64,000 bases of DNA from the human T2T-CHM13v2.0 reference genome, Homo sapiens. The notes under the pieces are model-generated. The model saw nothing but the letters and a program-made list of their open reading frames with translations, had not been told where the DNA came from and did no database searches. Both the position numbers and the translations under genes were made by a program. Location: NCBI RefSeq assembly GCF_009914755.1, contig NC_060948.1. One strand, 5' to 3'. Below, one piece after another: positions 60,059-64,000 of this stretch. How positions within the stretch are numbered: position 1 is the first letter of the stretch; every line of letters begins with the position of its first letter.

Positions 60059-61612
60059 TATACATTATGTATATAATAATATACAGTATCATATATATAA
60101 TATATATAACCTATGTATAATATTGTTTTACATCCTGCATCTTATGTTATATATATTGTATAAAATATAATAATTGATAATATATAAGTTTTATATTTAT
60201 ACAATATGACATATAGTATATATTATAATTTATGACATATATAATATATGTTATATATCATATATAGAATATATTATACGGTTAATATACGTATTAAATA
60301 TAAATTATACATTATATATATTATATATAATATATCTGTTATATATAATACCCATTATGCATAATATATATATTATGTCTATGTTATATATAGTATAAAA
60401 CAACATATAATAATATATAATTGTATATATAAAATGCGACATATAATATATATTATATTTTATAACATATGTAATATATATTATATATTATATATAATAC
60501 GTTGTACGTATAATACCTACATTAAATATATATTATATGACTATGTTATTAATTACATGTCACATGTGTTATATACTATATATTTTACATAGAATATACC
60601 GGTTACATACAATATATACTATGTTACCTATAATATATAATTTATTACATGTAAAATAAAGAATGCAATATATTAAGTATAATTTATAATATACAATATG
60701 TGGAATGTGATATATATAACATATAATATATGATATATGATATACAGTATATGATATATAACATACAATATATGATTCCTAATATATATGGTATACAATA
60801 TATATTTTATGATATGTATTCTATATGTTTTATATTCTGTTATATATAACTATTTGAAATTATATATAACTGTATAATATTTTATGTAAATATGTAATAT
60901 AATATATATAACTATATAATATATTATATATAACTATATATTATGTTATATATACTTTTATAACATAATTTACATAAAATATCATAATATAATATATATT
61001 ATATTATTTCATATTACATAATATATATTACATATCACCCAATATAACTAACATACATAATAGTATAATATAGATTATATTGTGTTATATTAAATATCAT
61101 ATATATCATGTATCATATATTCTATAATATATATTACACATTATATAATATGTATGTTGTCTATTATGTGATATATATAACTATATATATAATTATATTT
61201 TTATACATATAACTGGATAAACATGTAATTCTACATATTTTCATTTATAATATGTAGAATTATATAATCATATATAATTATTTATATTCTATAAAAAATT
61301 TTATCATTATATAAATTATAATATATAAAAATTATAATATGTACTACAAATATATATATTATATATCATATATGATATAGTACCTTTGTTATATATCATA
61401 ATACATATAAATGTGTATTATGTTATCTATAATTATATAATTTCATATATAAGATGTATAATATGTATCATATATTATATATGTTATGTAATATATATAG
61501 TATATATAAGATGACACAGGATAAATATTATATACTATGACATATAAAATATATGAGGTTATATGTTACATATAAGGCATAGCACATAACATGTAATATG
61601 TATCATATATAA
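60059..61612. repeat. AT-rich simple-sequence block of DYZ2
   Basis: Near-identical to the other blocks, with an extra 7 bp near 60735. Confidence 0.85.
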
Positions 61613-61904
61613 TTTTTTTTTAGACAGAATCTTATCCTGTTGCACAGGGTGGGGTACAATGGCGCCGTCTTTGCTCACTGCAACTTCTGCCTCACGGATC
61701 CAAGCGATTGTCCTCCCTCAGCCTCCCAGGTAGCTGGGACTACACCACACTGGGACTACACCAGCTGCCACCATGCCTAGCTAAATTTTTGGATTTTTAG
61801 TAGTGACAGCGTTTCACTGTATTGGCCAGGATGGTCTTGATCTCTTCACCTTGTGATCCCCTTGCCTTGGCCTCCAAATTTGCTGGGATTACAGGCCTGA
61901 GCCA
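61613..61904 (-). mobile_element. Diverged Alu in DYZ2 copy 5
   Basis: Same Alu landmarks as copy 1. Confidence 0.93.
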
Positions 61905-62478
61905 AGATCCATATTTTTTAAATGAAAAAAAATTTCAAAGGTACTCTGCTTGGTACAATAATCAAATGTATAAACTGAGGAATAAAACATAACCATGAAA
62001 CCTACTTATAACTGCATATGGAAAATACAGAGGATAATTTTTTAAATAACATATTTTGAAAGCCTTAACTAGTAATTTGAAGAGCTGGCATTTGAAAGGC
62101 CAGTATGAATATACCTTCAAAGCAGCAACACAGGTTCCCCATGAGAAAAAGCAAACACAGGGAAAATAAAAACACAAAGGTTCAATCTCTTCTGACCTTT
62201 GAAAGACACAGCACAGACAGTGGTCCTTAGGACGAAGAGCGGGAGACCCCTAATTCCGTCACCATGGCGATAGGGCATAAACATTGCTGGGTGAGGGCAC
62301 AATCCACATTGTGAGGTCCAACTGCTGCCAGGAAGACAGGAGTGCTTTTACATAGACCGAAAGGTCATTGAAGGCTCAGAGTTTTGTTTCAAGAACTGAA
62401 TCCCAAGCCCACACGTTATTAGGCTGCGCTTCTTAAAACAAGTTATGAGATGGGGAAAAGGGCACCCACAAACATACG
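61905..62478. repeat. HSATI-like segment of DYZ2 copy 5
   Basis: Near-identical to the other copies. Confidence 0.75.
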
Positions 62479-64000
62479 TATACATTATGTATATAATAAT
62501 ATACAGTATCATATATATAATATATATAACCTATGTATAATATTGTTTTACATCCTGCATCTTATGTTATATATATTGTATAAAATATAATAATTGATAA
62601 TATATAAGTTTTATAATTATAAAATATGACATATAGTATATATTATAATTTATGACATATAATATATGTTATATGTCATATATAGAATATATTATACGGT
62701 TAATATACGTATTAAATATAAATTATACATTATATATATTATATATAATATATCTGTTATATATAATACCCATTATGCATAATATATATATTATGTCTAT
62801 GTTATATATAGTATAAAACAACATATAATAATATATAATTGTATATATAAAATGCGACATATAATATATATTATATTTTATAACATATGTAATATATATT
62901 ATATATTATATATAATACGTTGTATGTATAATACCTATATTAAATATATATTATATGACTATGTTATTAATTACATGTCACATGTGTTATATATTATATA
63001 TTTTACATAGAATATACCGGTTACATACAATATATACTATGTTACCTAAAATGTATAATTTATTACAAGTAAAATAAAGAATGCAATATATTATGTATAA
63101 TTTATTATATACCATATGTGGAATGTGACATATATAACATATAATATATGATATATGATATACAGTATATGATATATAACATACAATATATGATTCCTAA
63201 TATATATGGTATACAATATATATTTTATGATATGTATTCTATATGTTTTATATTCTGTTATATATAACTATTTGAAATTATATATAACTGTATAATATTT
63301 TATGTAAATATGTAATATAATATATATAACTATATAATATATTATATATAACTATATATTATATTATATATACTTTTATAACATAATTTACATAAAATAT
63401 CATAATATAATATATATTATATTATTTCATATTACATAATATATATTACATATCACCCAATATAACTAACATACAGAATATTATAATATAGATTATATTG
63501 TGTTATATTAAATATCATATATATCATGTATCATATATTCTATAATATATATTACACATTATATAATATGTATGTTGTCTATTATGTGATATATATAACT
63601 ATATATATAATTATATTTTTATACATATAACTGGATAAACATGTAATTCTACATATTTTCATTTATAATATGTAGAATTATATAATCATATATAATTATT
63701 TATATTCTATAAAAAATTTTATCATTATATAAATTATAATATATAAAAATTATAATATGTACTACAAATATATATATTATATATCATATATGATATAGTA
63801 CCTTTGTTATATATCATAATACATATAAATGTGTATTATGTTATCTATAATTATATAATTTCATATATAAGATGTATAATATGTATCATATATTATATAT
63901 GTTATGTAATATATATAGTATATATAAGATGACACAGGATAAATATTATACACTATGACATATAAAATATATGAGGTTATATGTTACATATAAGGCATAG
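62479..64000. repeat. AT-rich simple-sequence block of DYZ2, cut by the window end just before the next expected Alu
   Basis: Ends at ATAAGGCATAG, which lies ~30 bp before the Alu poly-T in the other copies. Confidence 0.85.

Overview
This window is entirely non-coding tandem satellite DNA and matches human Yq12 heterochromatin. Bases 1-51207 are about 14.4 head-to-tail copies of the ~3.56 kb DYZ1 / HSat3 unit, built from degenerate GGAAT pentamers. At 51207/51208 it switches abruptly to a DYZ2 / HSat1B array: about 5.3 periods of a ~2.41 kb composite made of AT-rich simple sequence, a diverged minus-strand Alu and an HSATI-like segment. No protein-coding gene, RNA gene or CRISPR array is supported; the ORF track reflects repeat translation only. 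I found no new gene system. The notable signals are structural and regulatory: (1) three perfect heat-shock elements built into nearly every DYZ1 unit; (2) a 4-unit (~14.2 kb) and a 2-unit (~7.1 kb) higher-order duplication visible from variant sharing; (3) unit-length variation fully explained by one hypervariable (GGAAT)n tract plus 15-bp deletions and a few small indels; (4) a microhomology junction followed by a 760-bp deletion; (5) a DYZ2 subtype switch that maps to ~55 bp. All comparisons were made by eye and should be confirmed by alignment.
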